64,000 bases of DNA from Squalus acanthias (Eukaryota): positions 33,170,001-33,234,000 of the forward strand of contig CM059449.1 of NCBI GenBank assembly GCA_030390025.1, given 5' to 3'. Position 1 is the stretch's first letter. The number at the start of each line of letters is the position of its first letter. The position numbers and the translations under genes are program-made. The notes under the pieces are model-generated. The model ran no database searches. It was not told where the DNA came from and saw only the letters and a list, made by a program, of their open reading frames with translations. Shown in pieces: positions 37,496-50,119 of this stretch.

Positions 37496-37809
37496 ATTCG
37501 GAGAGAAGCGACGTTGTCTGTTAGTGTTGTGGACTCGCAGAACTTCTGCTTTCAAAATAAGTTCTTATTTATACCTGAGAGAAACCTCAAGTGACACATG
37601 AGCATTACATAATGTTTAGCGTTAGTTACATTCATTTGAACAAACAGATTGAGGCAAGTCATATTCACTGCTACTGAGCAGGGATATTTTGCAATGATTT
37701 TGCCCGTTGATAGAGGAAGGATTGAAGAAAAAATTTTCGTCATACGTTCGTACATGATCATGAAATTTCTTTAAGACAATTCGATTATTCTCATAGTAGT
37801 GATGACATT

Positions 37810-38575
37810 GGCCTAGAAATTCGCGTGGCCGGCTTGCCGCGGGGGTAAGGATCGCGCGCGCTCTTTCTCACCACGCATGCTGTTGTGTTTTGGGCCCACA
37901 GGAACTTCGGGTCCTGGGCCTCTACCAAGAGCCGGTGCGCAGTGCTTGCGTGTTCCAGGGCCGCAGTTAGTGCAATGCGACCCCTGGAATCACGTGGGCC
38001 ATGGAGAGCCAATGGCAGCAGACCATCTTTCATTCATAGATTTGACAGGAGACCTGTCAAATCTGTGAATTGAAATCGGCCCCAAAAGAACAGCTAAACT
38101 TCAAATATTTTTTTTTTAAAAACCATCACATTTATAAAATAACTATAGTTAAATAAATTAACCACTTTAAACAAAAATTTTAATTTTTGAAAAAATTAAA
38201 ATACTTTTTAAAGGTTATAAAAATAAACTTACCTTTCTTTAAAGTATCTAAAAAAGATAAACCTGTTGAAAAAAAATTAAAATTATACTTAATTAACTAC
38301 TTACCTTGTTCAAAAGGGGTCTTACGCCTCCTTTTTATTAGCATAGAATCTTCAATACTGACCCTCCCGTTGAAACCGGAAAAAAAATCTAAGTGTGCTG
38401 CGTGCGCGCAGCCTCTAGTGCGCACGCAGTTCACCTAGGAACCGCCCACTTCACCTTACCGGAAGTTCCGGTTTCCCGCGCATGAGCAATGCATGCAGGA
38501 AACCGGCACTTCGGGAATGAATACGGGTGAGCACGGACTGTGTACTCACCCGGGAACGGCCGAATTTTTGGGCCC
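37810..38575 (-). mobile_element. MITE-like element of about 770 bp, copy B, inverted relative to copy A
   Basis: TIRs GGCCTAGAAATTC and GAATTTTTGGGCC; core TAACTATAGTTAAATAAATTAACCACTTTAAACAAAAATTT is the reverse complement of about 35525-35565. Confidence 0.8.
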
Positions 38576-39433
38576 TTAACTGTGCAGATCATCAGTCTGT
38601 GTAAAATTATACATCATATAAGCTTGATGGGGTTTGCTTTGTCTTTGTCCGAGACCGTGTTTAAAAATTAATTAAGCAGAAAAGTAACCAGTTGTGTGTT
38701 GAAGAGGACAGCCTGGTTGGAATGTTAATGCACATGACTTGACACTCGATGATGACTGGGGAATATTAAAGCATCTTTTATTTGAAGGGACAAGTATATA
38801 AAGACAATAAAACAATGCCTCATAAACTCTGAAGTCCGTCAACTTCCCACGTTGTTGAATTCAAGAGATTCACTGTTACAAAGTCGGATGGCTTCAGGTC
38901 GATCATGGCCAAGGAAAGCTCCTGCTGATTATTAGCTCCCGCCCTCCCTCACCTGATGTATCAGTACTCCTCCATGTTGAAAATCACTTGGAAGAAGCAC
39001 TGAGGCTAGCAGTTACACAGAATGTACTTTGGGTGAAGGAATTCAATGCCAATCACCAAGAGTGACTCAGTGTCACCACTACTGACCGAGCTGGCCGAGT
39101 CCTGAAGGCCATAACTGCCAGGCTGGGCCTGTGACAGGTGGTGAGAGAACCAACACGAGGGAAAAACCCACTTGACCTCGTCCTCACCAATCTACCTGTC
39201 ACAGATGCATCTGTTCATGACAATATTGGTAGTGGTGACCACCGCACAATCATTGTGGAGTCGAAGTCCCCTCTTCACACTGAGGACACCCTCCATCGTG
39301 TTGTGTGGCACTGCCAACGTGTTAAATAGGATAGATTCAGAACAGTTCTAGCAGCTCAAAACTGTGCATCCATGAGGCGCTGTGGGCCATCTGCATCACC
39401 AGAATTGTATTCCACCTCAATCTGTAACCTCAT

Positions 39434-40263
39434 CATGCGGAGATGCCGGCGTTAGACTGGGGTGGACAAAAATGAGAAGTCGCACAACACCAGGTTATAG
39501 TCCAACAGATTTATTTAAAATTACAAGCTTTCGGAGCTGTCGCCCCCTTCCTGAGGTAAAGCTACAATGAGTGAATCTACAATATTTCACAGTATATAAA
39601 CACAGAAACTGCAGAGATACAATCTTTCAGGGAAGGTGTCCTTACATCAAAGACACACCAAGAGCACAGCCAAGACAATGAGATGTGTCACAGGTTGTCT
39701 AACGTGTCAAATCCTGCTGTCTGCAGTTTTTTTGGGGGTTTGTTTTTTTGTGTTTTTTTTTTAAACTGGAAAGGCAGACAATGATGTCGAGTCGCGTACT
39801 GTAGCGTGACATGAACCCGATACCCCTATTGAGGCCGTCCTCATGGGTGCAGAACTTGGCTATCAGTTTCTGCTCGATGATGTTGCGTTGTCGTGTGTCT
39901 CGAAGGCCGCCTTGGAGAACGCTAACCCGCAGAACGTGACTCGACATCGTTGTCTGTCTTTCCAGTTTAAAAAAAAAACGCAAAAAAAACAAACAAAAAA
40001 AAACTGCAGACAGCAGGATTTGACAAGTTGGACCCCCTGTGACACATCTCATTGTCTTGGCTGTGCTTTTGGTGTGTCTTTGATGTAAGGGCACCTTCCC
40101 TGAAAGATTGTATCTCTGCAGTTTCTGTGTTTATATACTGTGAAATATTGTAGATTCACTCATTGTAACTTTACCTGAGGAAGGGGCGACAGCTCCGAAA
40201 GCTTGCAATTTTAAATAAATCTGTTGGACTATAACCTGGTGTTGTGCGACTTCTCATTTTTGT
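39434..40263. mobile_element. Penelope-like element with inverted pseudo-LTRs (arms about 39466-39801 and 39931-40263) around a GIY-YIG C-terminal remnant
   Basis: Arms are near-perfect reverse complements. The spacer reads VSVLQGGLRDTRQRNIIEQKLIAKFCTHEDGLNR on the minus strand. Flanking direct repeat TGTAACCTCAT. Confidence 0.9.
40171..40208 (+). ncRNA. Minimal hammerhead ribozyme motif (mirror copy at 39521-39559 on -)
   Basis: TTAC-CTGAGGA-A-GGGGC-GACA-GCTCC-GAAA-GC-T-T-GCAA. Confidence 0.6.
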
Positions 40264-42337
40264 AACCTCATGGGCATGTATATATTTCACTCTACAATTA
40301 TCATCAAGCCAGGAGACCAACCCTGCTTCAATGAAGTGTGCAGAAGAGCATGCCAGGAGCAGCACTAGGCGTACCTAAAAATGAGATGCCAAATTGTGGC
40401 AGTTGCAACACAGACTACATGCATGCTAAACAGCGGAAGCAGCGGGCTATACACAGGGCTAACCGATCCCACAATCAACGGAACAGATGAAAGCTCTGCA
40501 GTCCTGTCACATCCAGTCGTGAATGGTGGTGGGCAATTAAACAAATAATGGGAGAGGAGCTTCCCAGAAGTTCCCCATCCTCAATGATTGCAATGTATCG
40601 TGTAATACTGTAATAATCTTAATCAACACTTAGTATTCAATCCTGTCTTTTGAAGACGTGAGTGCAAAAGACAAGGCTGAAGCGTTTGCAACCATCTTCA
40701 GCCAGAATTGTCGAGTGGAAGATTCATCTCGGTCTCCTATTGATATCCGCACCTTCAAAGAAGACAGTCTTCAGCCAATTCGATTCACTCCACGTGATAT
40801 CAATAAGCAGCTGAGCGTACTGAATACAGCAAAGGCTATGGGCCCCGACAACATCTCGCTATCCTGCTATGCTCTGGAACTAGCCGTGCCTCTAGCCGAG
40901 CAGTTCAAGTGCAGCTACATCACTGGCATGTACCCGACAATGTGGAAAACTGCCCGGGTATGTTCTATCCACTAAAAGCAGGGCAATCCAATGCGGCCAA
41001 TTACCGCCCATTCAGTCTACTCTCAATCATCAGCAAAGTGATGGAAAGTTTCGTCAAAAGTGCTAACAAGCAGCACTTACTCACCAATAACCTGCTCACC
41101 CATGCTCAGTTTCGGTTCCGCCTCGACCAATCAGTTCCAAACTTCATTACAGGCTTGGTTCAACATGAGCAAAGGAGCTAAAATCAACAGGCGGTAAAAG
41201 TAACAGCAAACTACAGCTGCAGCAATCATAACGGCCTGCTCAATGTGGGATTGCCTCAGGGAACCAGTCTGCAGGTAATATCGCCCTTATATGGTGCTGG
41301 TGACAAGAAGGATCGCGTTTGGGGCAATTGTTGCGGACAATAGGAGACCTGTTAACTTTGGATGATAATGTAAAATGGGTGATATCGAACTGTCCGCTAA
41401 TTATAGGTCCTGCCCTATTTTCACTTCCATCACTTGAATGGAAAGGGAAATCAGGCCTGGCGGATAATGGGCGGTGAATCCCATATCGCTCAATTTACAC
41501 TGCGGTCCAAAGTTAAAGCTACCGCACAATGCGCGGGGTTTCCACCCGCGCTTTCACTATTTAAAGACTATCAGATGCCTCACAGGAGGTAGTAGAGGCG
41601 GAGCCCATTACTGCTCCATTTTACCGAGTCTTCAGCACAAAAGGGACTCCAATTCAGAATAAAATCCAGCTTCCTGGGTTCAGTTTATCTTTGGCCTCAA
41701 TTAAATTAAGCTTCGGGAGGAGTGTATAACGGGCTGCCCATCCGATATCATTCCTTTTACACTAGCGCCGAAAGTCAAACCCGAACCCTTGTGCCTCGAC
41801 CAAGTGTTAGAATCCCACCGTGAACGGGTATGGCCGAGCTCGCAGTTTTTATTCTTTTCAGGTTAGATGAGAAAAAACAGTTTGCCGATGACTCCCCAGT
41901 GTGGGCCATTACACTGCAGCAAACCCGGAAGCTGTATATGTGTGTAATATACTCCCTGTGCACCGCCGATGCAGCGCCAGCAATCCGTGTCTCATCACTG
42001 GTTCCTTTAACAATCGCCCCAGGTTGTTTTTAGATTTGGCAGCAGCATTGCAAGAGAACCAACTGCTGAAAATTGATTAAAGTGATTATACAAGTCATAT
42101 CGGAATACCTACCTTTCTACTAATTACAATGTACAATATTTAACAGAGCGCAAATCTGGTACATTTCATGAATCCCGCTGCCGAGGTGTGGAGCGGAATG
42201 ATTCTCGGGCTATGTGTAGATGCCCTACAAACCAGTTTGAAATATTTTGATATCATATTAGACCAGAACAACGTCTCACTCAGAAACTTAACTGATAAGC
42301 GTCAGCACCAGGATACCACACTGCGAGAAGTTTCAAT

Positions 42338-42990
42338 GGGCCTATTTTCCGACCCCACACCCGTAGGGGCCTGGCAAGTGCCGATTTCAGGCATGCGAAG
42401 CGCATGCGCTGAAAACCGGCACTTCCGATCTGTTAAGAATTCTCTTGGAGATCCTGCGCCTGGCCTGGCGAAGGGCCTCTGCGGGTAGAGAGATCCGCTT
42501 TCTGCAGAACCTCCGCCCACTGAAAACCTTTAAACATCTTACGCCTGCAGAAGACCTGCTTTTACCAGCGAAAGAGTTTAATATAGTAAAACAATAAAAA
42601 AAATCATTCATTTTTAAGTTAAAAATAATTTTAAAAAGTTAAGGTTATTTTTAGCCCAGTAGAAAACTTTCATTATTTTTTTCAAAAAATGTAATTTAAT
42701 GCAACTTTAATTAATTTTAAATATGTGATAAAAAAAATGTATTTAATGTTTATTATGTTTTTTACGGTGATCCCCATTCATACCTTTGACAGATCTTGGC
42801 GGAGAGACCTATCAAAAATATGAAGGGGGATTCTCTTCTTTCATTGGTTCGCCATGGCCCTCGTGATCCCAGGGACGCTAACGAACCGCATGCGCCCCAG
42901 GGATACCTGGGCCACTGCGCATTTCGTGGAGGAGATGCCCAAAAGCGAAAGTATCGGGACCTCCGGTTACTGCCCACCAACTGCCCAGCA
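42338..42990 (+). mobile_element. MITE-like element
   Basis: Same architecture as the 33370 and 35101 elements; diverged inverse of 43060-43788. Confidence 0.65.
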
Positions 42991-43059
42991 ATTACATCTG
43001 AACATATTCTGGTTAGTGAAAGCAGGCACAGGAGTCTGTTTTACATCTTAAAAGACGTC

Positions 43060-43788
43060 GGGCCTGAATTTGCGATCGGAGGCTTCGCGCGGGATGCATC
43101 CGATCATCAACTTTTCTACGCATTTACCTGGATGTCCAGGAGATACGGAGGCTTGTGATCCTGGGCCTCTCCTGGTAGAGATGCGAAGAAGCCAACGTAT
43201 CCCAGGGGCTCATGCGGTTCGCAAGCGCCCCTGGGATCATGTGGGCCATCCCAAACAATGAAAGAAGGGAATCCCCATTCATACTTCTAACAGTTCGGTA
43301 CGTACTGAACTGTCATAAGTATGAATGGGGATGACTTAAAAAATACACGAACACGGGAAATACATTTTTAAAAATACTTATATAAAATTAATTAAAATGC
43401 CATATAATTAAATATTTTAAACAAAAATTATTTTTTTTTAAAAGAAATTATATGTTTTAACGAGGCTAAAAATAAACTTACTTTATTGGACAAGGTTTTT
43501 AATGTATAAGTGAGCGATAACATTTTATTTTTCTATTTTTTGAAACTCTTATGCTTATACCAGGCGTAAGAATTCCACGGCCTTTCAGCGGGTGGAAGTT
43601 GGGCAAATAGCGCGACTCTCCACCCACAGAGTCCCATCTCCCAAGGACGCGGAAAATCTGATTCTTGACACATCGCAAGTGCTGGGTTTTAGCGCATGTG
43701 CCCCGCATGCCTAAATTCGGCACTTGCGCTGCCCCTACGGGCGCGCGCACACATCGTTCGTACCCGTGGGTGTCGCAAAATACGGCAC
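43060..43788 (-). mobile_element. MITE-like element, inverted relative to its neighbour
   Basis: GGGCCTGAATTTGCG terminus; GCATGCCTAAATTCGGCACTTGC mirrors GCAAGTGCCGATTTCAGGCATGC. Confidence 0.65.
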
Positions 43789-44654
43789 GATATATGTGTG
43801 TATATATTGTCGGTCGAGTTTAATTTTAATTAATTGGAAAGTGAATATGAAATTGAAATAAAGTGAACATCTATCAGATTTTAGTGACAATTCTGTCCTT
43901 TCAGCTAAAACATGAACAACATAACAAGCAATATAATGCATCGATAACAAGAATATGGATTTATCTATTCACAGTCTAAATGAGGTCTGAATATTTTAAG
44001 CATGAAAGTTAACATTGAATATATGGCTGGGAATCTCTATCTGAAGTTCAACAACATTACTTATACCAGTGTTAGATCTTTACTGCGCATCAGAACAGGA
44101 AGCTGTATAAATAGCGCCTACTAAATTGTGAGTTTGGATGAAGAAATACAGCAAAATGCTGATAAACGAAACAAGTCCAAGTGACATTTTAAGTAAAAGA
44201 AAAGTTTCTAAAAGTTTTTAAGATTTAATTTCAATGGAAGAGGCAGAAAGCAGTTTATGTGGGCGTGGCTTAGTCTTTACACCTTTTGTGGGCGTGTCTT
44301 CCCTTACGCACGTTGCTCACCTGCCCTTTGTGATGTCATACGCTGCGCACAGCTCTGCTGCGCCGAAAGCAAGTTTCCGTTCTGGGCCTACCACAAGGTA
44401 AGTTTGTACTCCGAGATACGCCAACGATCGCAATGTTGGAGCCAGTATTTTCCTTTGAGGCTACACAGGCAATAAAGGATGTGGCGTGGTTTGGATAAAT
44501 AGTTCGGCATCCTCAGGATTCCCACGTCGAGGTGGCAAAGAGAGTGAATGATTTGAGTGAAGGGAAAATCCGCATTAATGATTACACTTTTTTTTGATCG
44601 GATTGCTTTTGATGTCCATAATCGTGATTTATTTATCCATTCTCGCACTTGCAG

Positions 44655-45960
44655 CCAACTTGGTGACAATTGTGATTCTATCCCGTGGAAAGTGCGGCCT
44701 CTCCGAATGCATCACTATTTATCTGGTGGCCATGGCAGCAGACGATCTACTTACTGGTCCTGATATTTGGCGGGGTCCTGTATGAGATGAAAGCAAGTTA
44801 TTTATCGAAATCATTCCTGAAGTACACTCCGGTCTGCAGTCTGAATTTCTTCCTAATTTTTTCTTCTCCTGAATGTGCTGTCTGGTTAACTGTCGCTTTC
44901 ACCTTTGATCGATTTGTCGCCATTTGTTGACAAAGTATAAGAACCCAATATTACACCGAAAAAACTGCGGCAGTGGTTGTAGCAACGATATGGGGGCTAT
45001 GCATTTTGGAAAATGTCCTAATGTACTTTAGTTTACAATCACGCGCAATAATTGACAATATACCGTGGTTCTGTGAACCACCTTAAACATTCACAACCTC
45101 CACCACCGGCGTACCGTGGCTGCAGTGTGTACCATTTATAAGATGCACTGCAGCAACTCACTAAGGCTTCTTCGGCAGCACCTCCCAAACCCGCGACCTC
45201 TTCCACCTAGAAGGACAAGGGCAGCAGGCGGGTGGGAACACCACCACCTCTACTTTCCCCTCCAAGTCACTCACCATCCTGACTTAGAAGTATATCTCCG
45301 ATCCTTCATCGTCGCTGGGTCAAAATCCTGGAACTCCGTCCCTAACAGCACTGTGGGAGTTCCTTCACCACACGGATCGTAGCGGTTCAAGAAGGCGTCT
45401 CAACATTACCTTCTCCAGGGCAATTAGGGATGGGCAATAAATGCTGGCCTTGCCAGCGACGCCCACATTCCATAACACGATTTAAAAAAATCAAACCTCT
45501 ATACTCTACCTGTATGGGTCACATTCTTATGGCTTGACATAGTTTTAATGCCTTTAATTCATTTTCTTTTGATTCTGATATTCAATGGTCTGATCATCAG
45601 GCAAATTCTACTGACAAGTAGAATCAGGAGGGGTCTCCGGAGCAGCGACAGTGAGCCAGAAATGGACAAACGAAGGAAATCCATCGTTTTACTGCTGACC
45701 AAATCCAGCAGTTTTATCCTGTTATGGATGGTAAGTTTTATTCAATATATATATGTGTAAATTATTGTTATTCAATATTTGCACACAGATTACAGTACAG
45801 TATTCCTTTCAGAATCATGGAACAAACTGGATATAAGCTTTAACATTTGAGTTTCTGCACAAATAACATTATTTATGCAGTGTCCCAGACTAAATTCAGA
45901 GAGGAGTAAAAGAATCTGTTTAAATATCCCTTGTCTCTAATTATTAGGTTAGGGAAATAA
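44655..45960 (+). pseudogene. GPR139-like GPCR exon 2, pseudogenised
   Basis: TTGCAG acceptor then ANLVTIVILSRGKCGLS. Lesions: 4-nt frameshift near 44751, TGA at 44928 after DRFVAIC, a LINE insertion at about 45080-45488, and further stops. Confidence 0.92.
45080..45488 (+). mobile_element. 3' terminal fragment of a CR1-like LINE inserted in the GPCR ECL2 coding region
   Basis: HHRRTVAAVCTIYKMHC..SFIVAGSKSWNS; GGCAATAAATGCTGGCC 3' end and A-tail. Confidence 0.85.
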
Positions 45961-45971
45961 TTGAAAAGTCT

Positions 45972-48900
45972 GCGCAGAATTTTCATTGACCCGTGGAGGC
46001 GGGTTTGGAGGCGTGTGGGGGGTTTAAATTGCGAAAACTGGTGGGCGGGCAGAAGCCCGCCTCCATCCGGCCTCCACGCAATTTTCATTACATCGTGTCT
46101 GCTGGTTCCGACTCCGTCCCGCCTCCAAGAGGTGGGATAGGCCAATAAGGCCCTTAACAAGCACTAAATTGCCTCTTTAATGCCATTTTGAAAGGGCTTT
46201 GTGATTTAAAATATGTTTCCACGTGAAGCACGCCTGTGCTGAACACGAATGTGAAACCTGGCGGTAGCACATTTGGATTGCTGACTATCAGCTGCAGCTC
46301 AACCATGAAATAGGTGATGTTATCAGCCATCATTTGCAGTTGGCAGGACTTTGTTGTCTGAGGTCTGGGGGAACTTTTATCTGGCATAACCACAGCTGTG
46401 GAAGTTTGGAGCCTGACACCCATCTCCAGTGTGACCTCCTGGGAAACCCCTCTCGCCACCTTGACTGAGCGCTTCCTCAACTGTGGCATATACCAGAAGC
46501 ATGGGAACCATTTATTTCCTTTCCTCCTGGACATCAGCTTCGGACGAAGACTAGCCGTGGCAGCAGCAGAACCATGAACAACAGCACCACCAGCAGCAGC
46601 AGCATCAACAGGCGTGCCAAGCTGCTCCTCACCCACCTGAAGCTGCACAGGCCAGAAGGCGCCAGCGCGCGACCACATTGCTGCCTGAGATGCAAGGGAC
46701 GCACTTGACCAGATTTGCTTAGCCTGCACAATCAAACACTTTTGCCTCTCACCTTCTTATCAGGCCATCGACAATGGCCAGGAACCTGCGGATTCCTATC
46801 ACTCTGACCACCATACTGACAATTGAAAGTCATCCTAAGCCCTCAATGTGGAAGTCCCATTTGCGAAATGAGAGACGCCACAGCTTCAGCAGTTTTCCAG
46901 CAGAATTTTTAATCACACCAAGTAAGTGCTGTCATTTCAAGATTAAACACAACATTACACACAAGTAACTACCCTTGTGACTACTTGTGCATTATTTTTA
47001 TTTTACGCGTGCTCCTACGTGCTGCTTCCCCTGTGGCTTCAGCAGATGTGAAGGCCCCCTGGTCACTTTCTTGCTGCTCCTGCCTCGACACCTTTGGCGG
47101 GCGTCCTCTGGGGTTGCGAGCCTGTGAGGGCTCGGCAACAGTCTGCTGCTCCTGCAGCTGTGCAGGGGTTGAGACGCCGATCTCAATTGGCTGAGGACTC
47201 TGGTGGGGCTCTGACCGAGAGTTTTGCAGTGGCTTGGTCGTGTGAACGCTTGGAGAGGAGCCCCCGCTTCCTTGTTGTCTGCCACCAACATCCCTCTCAT
47301 GGGTCAGCCCCACCTCAGCGCTGGCAAGTAGATTGAGAGCACCTTGCTGCACATCAGAGGGGCCATGGGGACCCGTATCTGCATTGGAAGTCCTACTCAG
47401 AAGGACTTCCATGACGGTCTGGTTTCTGTGTTCAATAGATGACCATCGCTCCTCAAGAGATGCCAGTCTATTCTGAACAATGACCATGTTTTCTCCACTC
47501 TGGCGACTTATCTCCTCCATAGCCGTAGCCATCCTCTCCTCTACTGTAGCCATCCTTTCCACGGAGGTTGCCATCCTTTCCGTGGTAATGCGTTCATGCT
47601 CCAATGACACCACAAAATCTCTGCTCATGTTTGCTATGGACTCCTCCATTCGCTCCACACTCGCAGCGACCCTGGAAACAAAACCTGCCAGAGACTCCTG
47701 CATCTGTTCCTGGAGTTTCAGCACCGCTGATCTTATGGATGGATCCAGAGGCAGAGGTCGACAAGCAGCTGAGCCGAGCTAGGAGAGTCCTGCACCCTCC
47801 GACTAGGACTCTCCACTGCTGTCCCTGTCTCCACTATCTGCTGATGCTCACTTGTGAGCTGTGATACACCAGCTGACAACACTACTCTATCTCGCGATGT
47901 TCCCTCCGAGGTGAGAGTGTCTGCGCTGGTGCTGGGTGCGCTGAATTCTGCTGACGCGGCGACCTCAGAGGTTGCAGCTCTGAGGAGTCGTGAGGCTCAT
48001 GCTCTTCCTCCTGGATGGTGGGGATGGGTGCTCGCGATGGTCCTGGGGGGGAGTAAAGGAAAGTGTCAGAGATGTGAGTCCAAGGTTACATGCACATTGC
48101 ATATTGCAGATGATCAGAAGTCAGTCTGCTGGAGCATCAGAATCCTTATCAGTGACTCATGAAATGTCAATGAGACAGTTGATGAACTATTCTGTCACCA
48201 GCTTGCTCTGATGCACCCGTCTGTCCGTCCCCCACTTGCACATGCTCCCCCAATCACATGATCTCCAGGACCGCCTCCTCCCAGGGGATGAGCTGGGCTA
48301 CTGAGGGTGGCCCTCCTCCTGTCCTCGCACTTTCCCTCTTATTGTGAGCTTTCTTTTCCTGCAATGAGGGAGACAAGTGGAGTTTGAGTGAGAATGAAGG
48401 AGTGAGTATAGAGAATCTATATCATTGATGGTTAGAAGGAGACAAATTCGGAGTGAGGTGGCAAGATCATGGGCCCTCCTTGTGTGTTGTAAGTTGTTTT
48501 CATCGCAACACAGCGATAGGGAGTGTGAGGGCTGCATAGTCGAATAGTTAGGAGAATGTGACCATACAGAGAGAGGGAATGGGTAAGGGTGCAGTGATAT
48601 CAGTGTCAAGTGGGATGTGGAGGAAGAGGTTGTCAAAGCTGAGTGCTGGTGAGGAGAGGCAATGGGGATCAGAATGAGGGTGATGGGAAATTCATACTCA
48701 CTTTTCCAGTGCGCAGCAGGTCATGAAACCTCTTCCTGCACTGAAGCCAGGTTCTGCGGGTTATGGACAACGAGCTGACCTCCTCTGCCACCTGGATCCA
48801 CACAGCCTTGGTTTGATGGGAAGGCTTCTTCCTCCCTGAAGAAAGGGACAGCACCTCCTTATTAGCTCTGTCTCCCTCAATTAAAGCTTGCAGGGCGACG

Positions 48901-49220
48901 TCATCAAATCGAGGTGCAGACCTACGTCTCTGGCTGGCCATTCTTCCTGCAGGTGCCTCTAACATGCAAAGGCAGAAGATTGGCAGTCTGCAGAGGAAGC
49001 AAGGCTTGTTGCAGACCTTACATGCTGCAGCAATGAAGACATCATCGCAAGCGACTTTCAGACTGGAAAAACTCACTGGCCATGGGTTCCCACACGTTGG
49101 AACTCAATTGGCCAATTATGTTAAAATCGCATCAACCTCCCACATCGATTTAGATTCGGTTGGCTAACACGAAATGCGGATTACACGGCACCAGCCCGCC
49201 CCTGAATCAAAATCCAGCCC
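45972..49220. mobile_element. PIF/Harbinger DNA transposon, non-autonomous (transposase core deleted, Myb/SANT gene decayed)
   Basis: Degenerate TIRs GCGCAGAATTTTCATT and AATCAAAATCCAGCCC; Myb-like gene on the minus strand. Confidence 0.8.
46981..48941 (-). pseudogene. Harbinger Myb/SANT-like DNA-binding protein gene, 3 exons (48941-48702, 48358-48199, 48042-46981)
   Basis: APRFDDVALQALI..W..VAEEV..RTWLQCRKRFHDL; EKKAHNKRESARTGGGPP. In-frame TGA at 48256-48254. Exon 3 length implies a frameshift. C-terminal coiled coil. Confidence 0.82.
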
Positions 49221-50119
49221 ACCAGAGCTGACTACAAAGAATTCAAACTCGCTTCCATCTTAATTATTCAACACGGGCAGCAGCCGATCAGCCGCCTGTT
49301 ATTCGCCCAACACGATGTTATTTTCGGTATAGTTTAATGGAGAGGAAAGTCGGGAGGGTGTGTAATCAGCGGCCGACCTGCTGCCGCCTGTTTTGCGCCG
49401 CTGCTGAAGGTGAATTTCACCCCCGGTCGATAGAACTTTCACCTCTGGCGGGAGCGAGGTCAATGGCGTTTATAGACAACAGGTGATCCAATTCTCCCCA
49501 ATTTGCTCCACGCCTAAGTGGAGAGTTCCCTGCAAAAGGTTTCCTAAATCCCTTTTTACTTGTGTGATATTGTAACTTTCAACTTGACTCTGGCGAAGAT
49601 TTTCATCTTGCCGCAGGGGCCTGAAACCGATGTTGCAGATTGTCCACCGGTGATAGAAACCGTCTTATTCTCATTCCCATTGTAACCACAGGGTTAGCAG
49701 CAGAGTATTACACTGGCTTCGCTCCCTTCAGTTACAGAGGGAGAAGTGGCCTCGGGAACTGCTCCGGACCACTGTGTTGACGATGCTGCTGGTGAAATGT
49801 GAGTGTGTGGACAGGATGGGGCTCGGCTGTGTTTCCAGTAATTGAACAGTGTTTGCAGGCACTGTTTCTACTCACAAGTGGAGATGTGTCTACCTGAGGC
49901 CAATGTTGGAGTCAATTGTACTAATTAGGAAGGTATAAATAATAACAAAACATGTTTTAAAATCCCTGGCGTGCCTTTATTCCGTGCCGCCGTTATGTAA
50001 TGTCTAAAGCGCCAGTTTGCGCAATTATAGATGTGATTTGACAATGTTCCTTCAATGTTAAACAAGTTAGTAATATTTTGATAAAGTGACTGAAATATAA
50101 GTCAGGGGTGAAATGTTTA

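Larger units (their letters stand above)
38890..41190 (+). mobile_element. Degenerate non-LTR retrotransposon (CR1-like family; APE to RT start), split by a Penelope insertion
   Basis: EPTRGKNPLDLVLTN..GSGDH, KAMGPDNI, NYRPFSLLSIISKVME. Confidence 0.85.
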
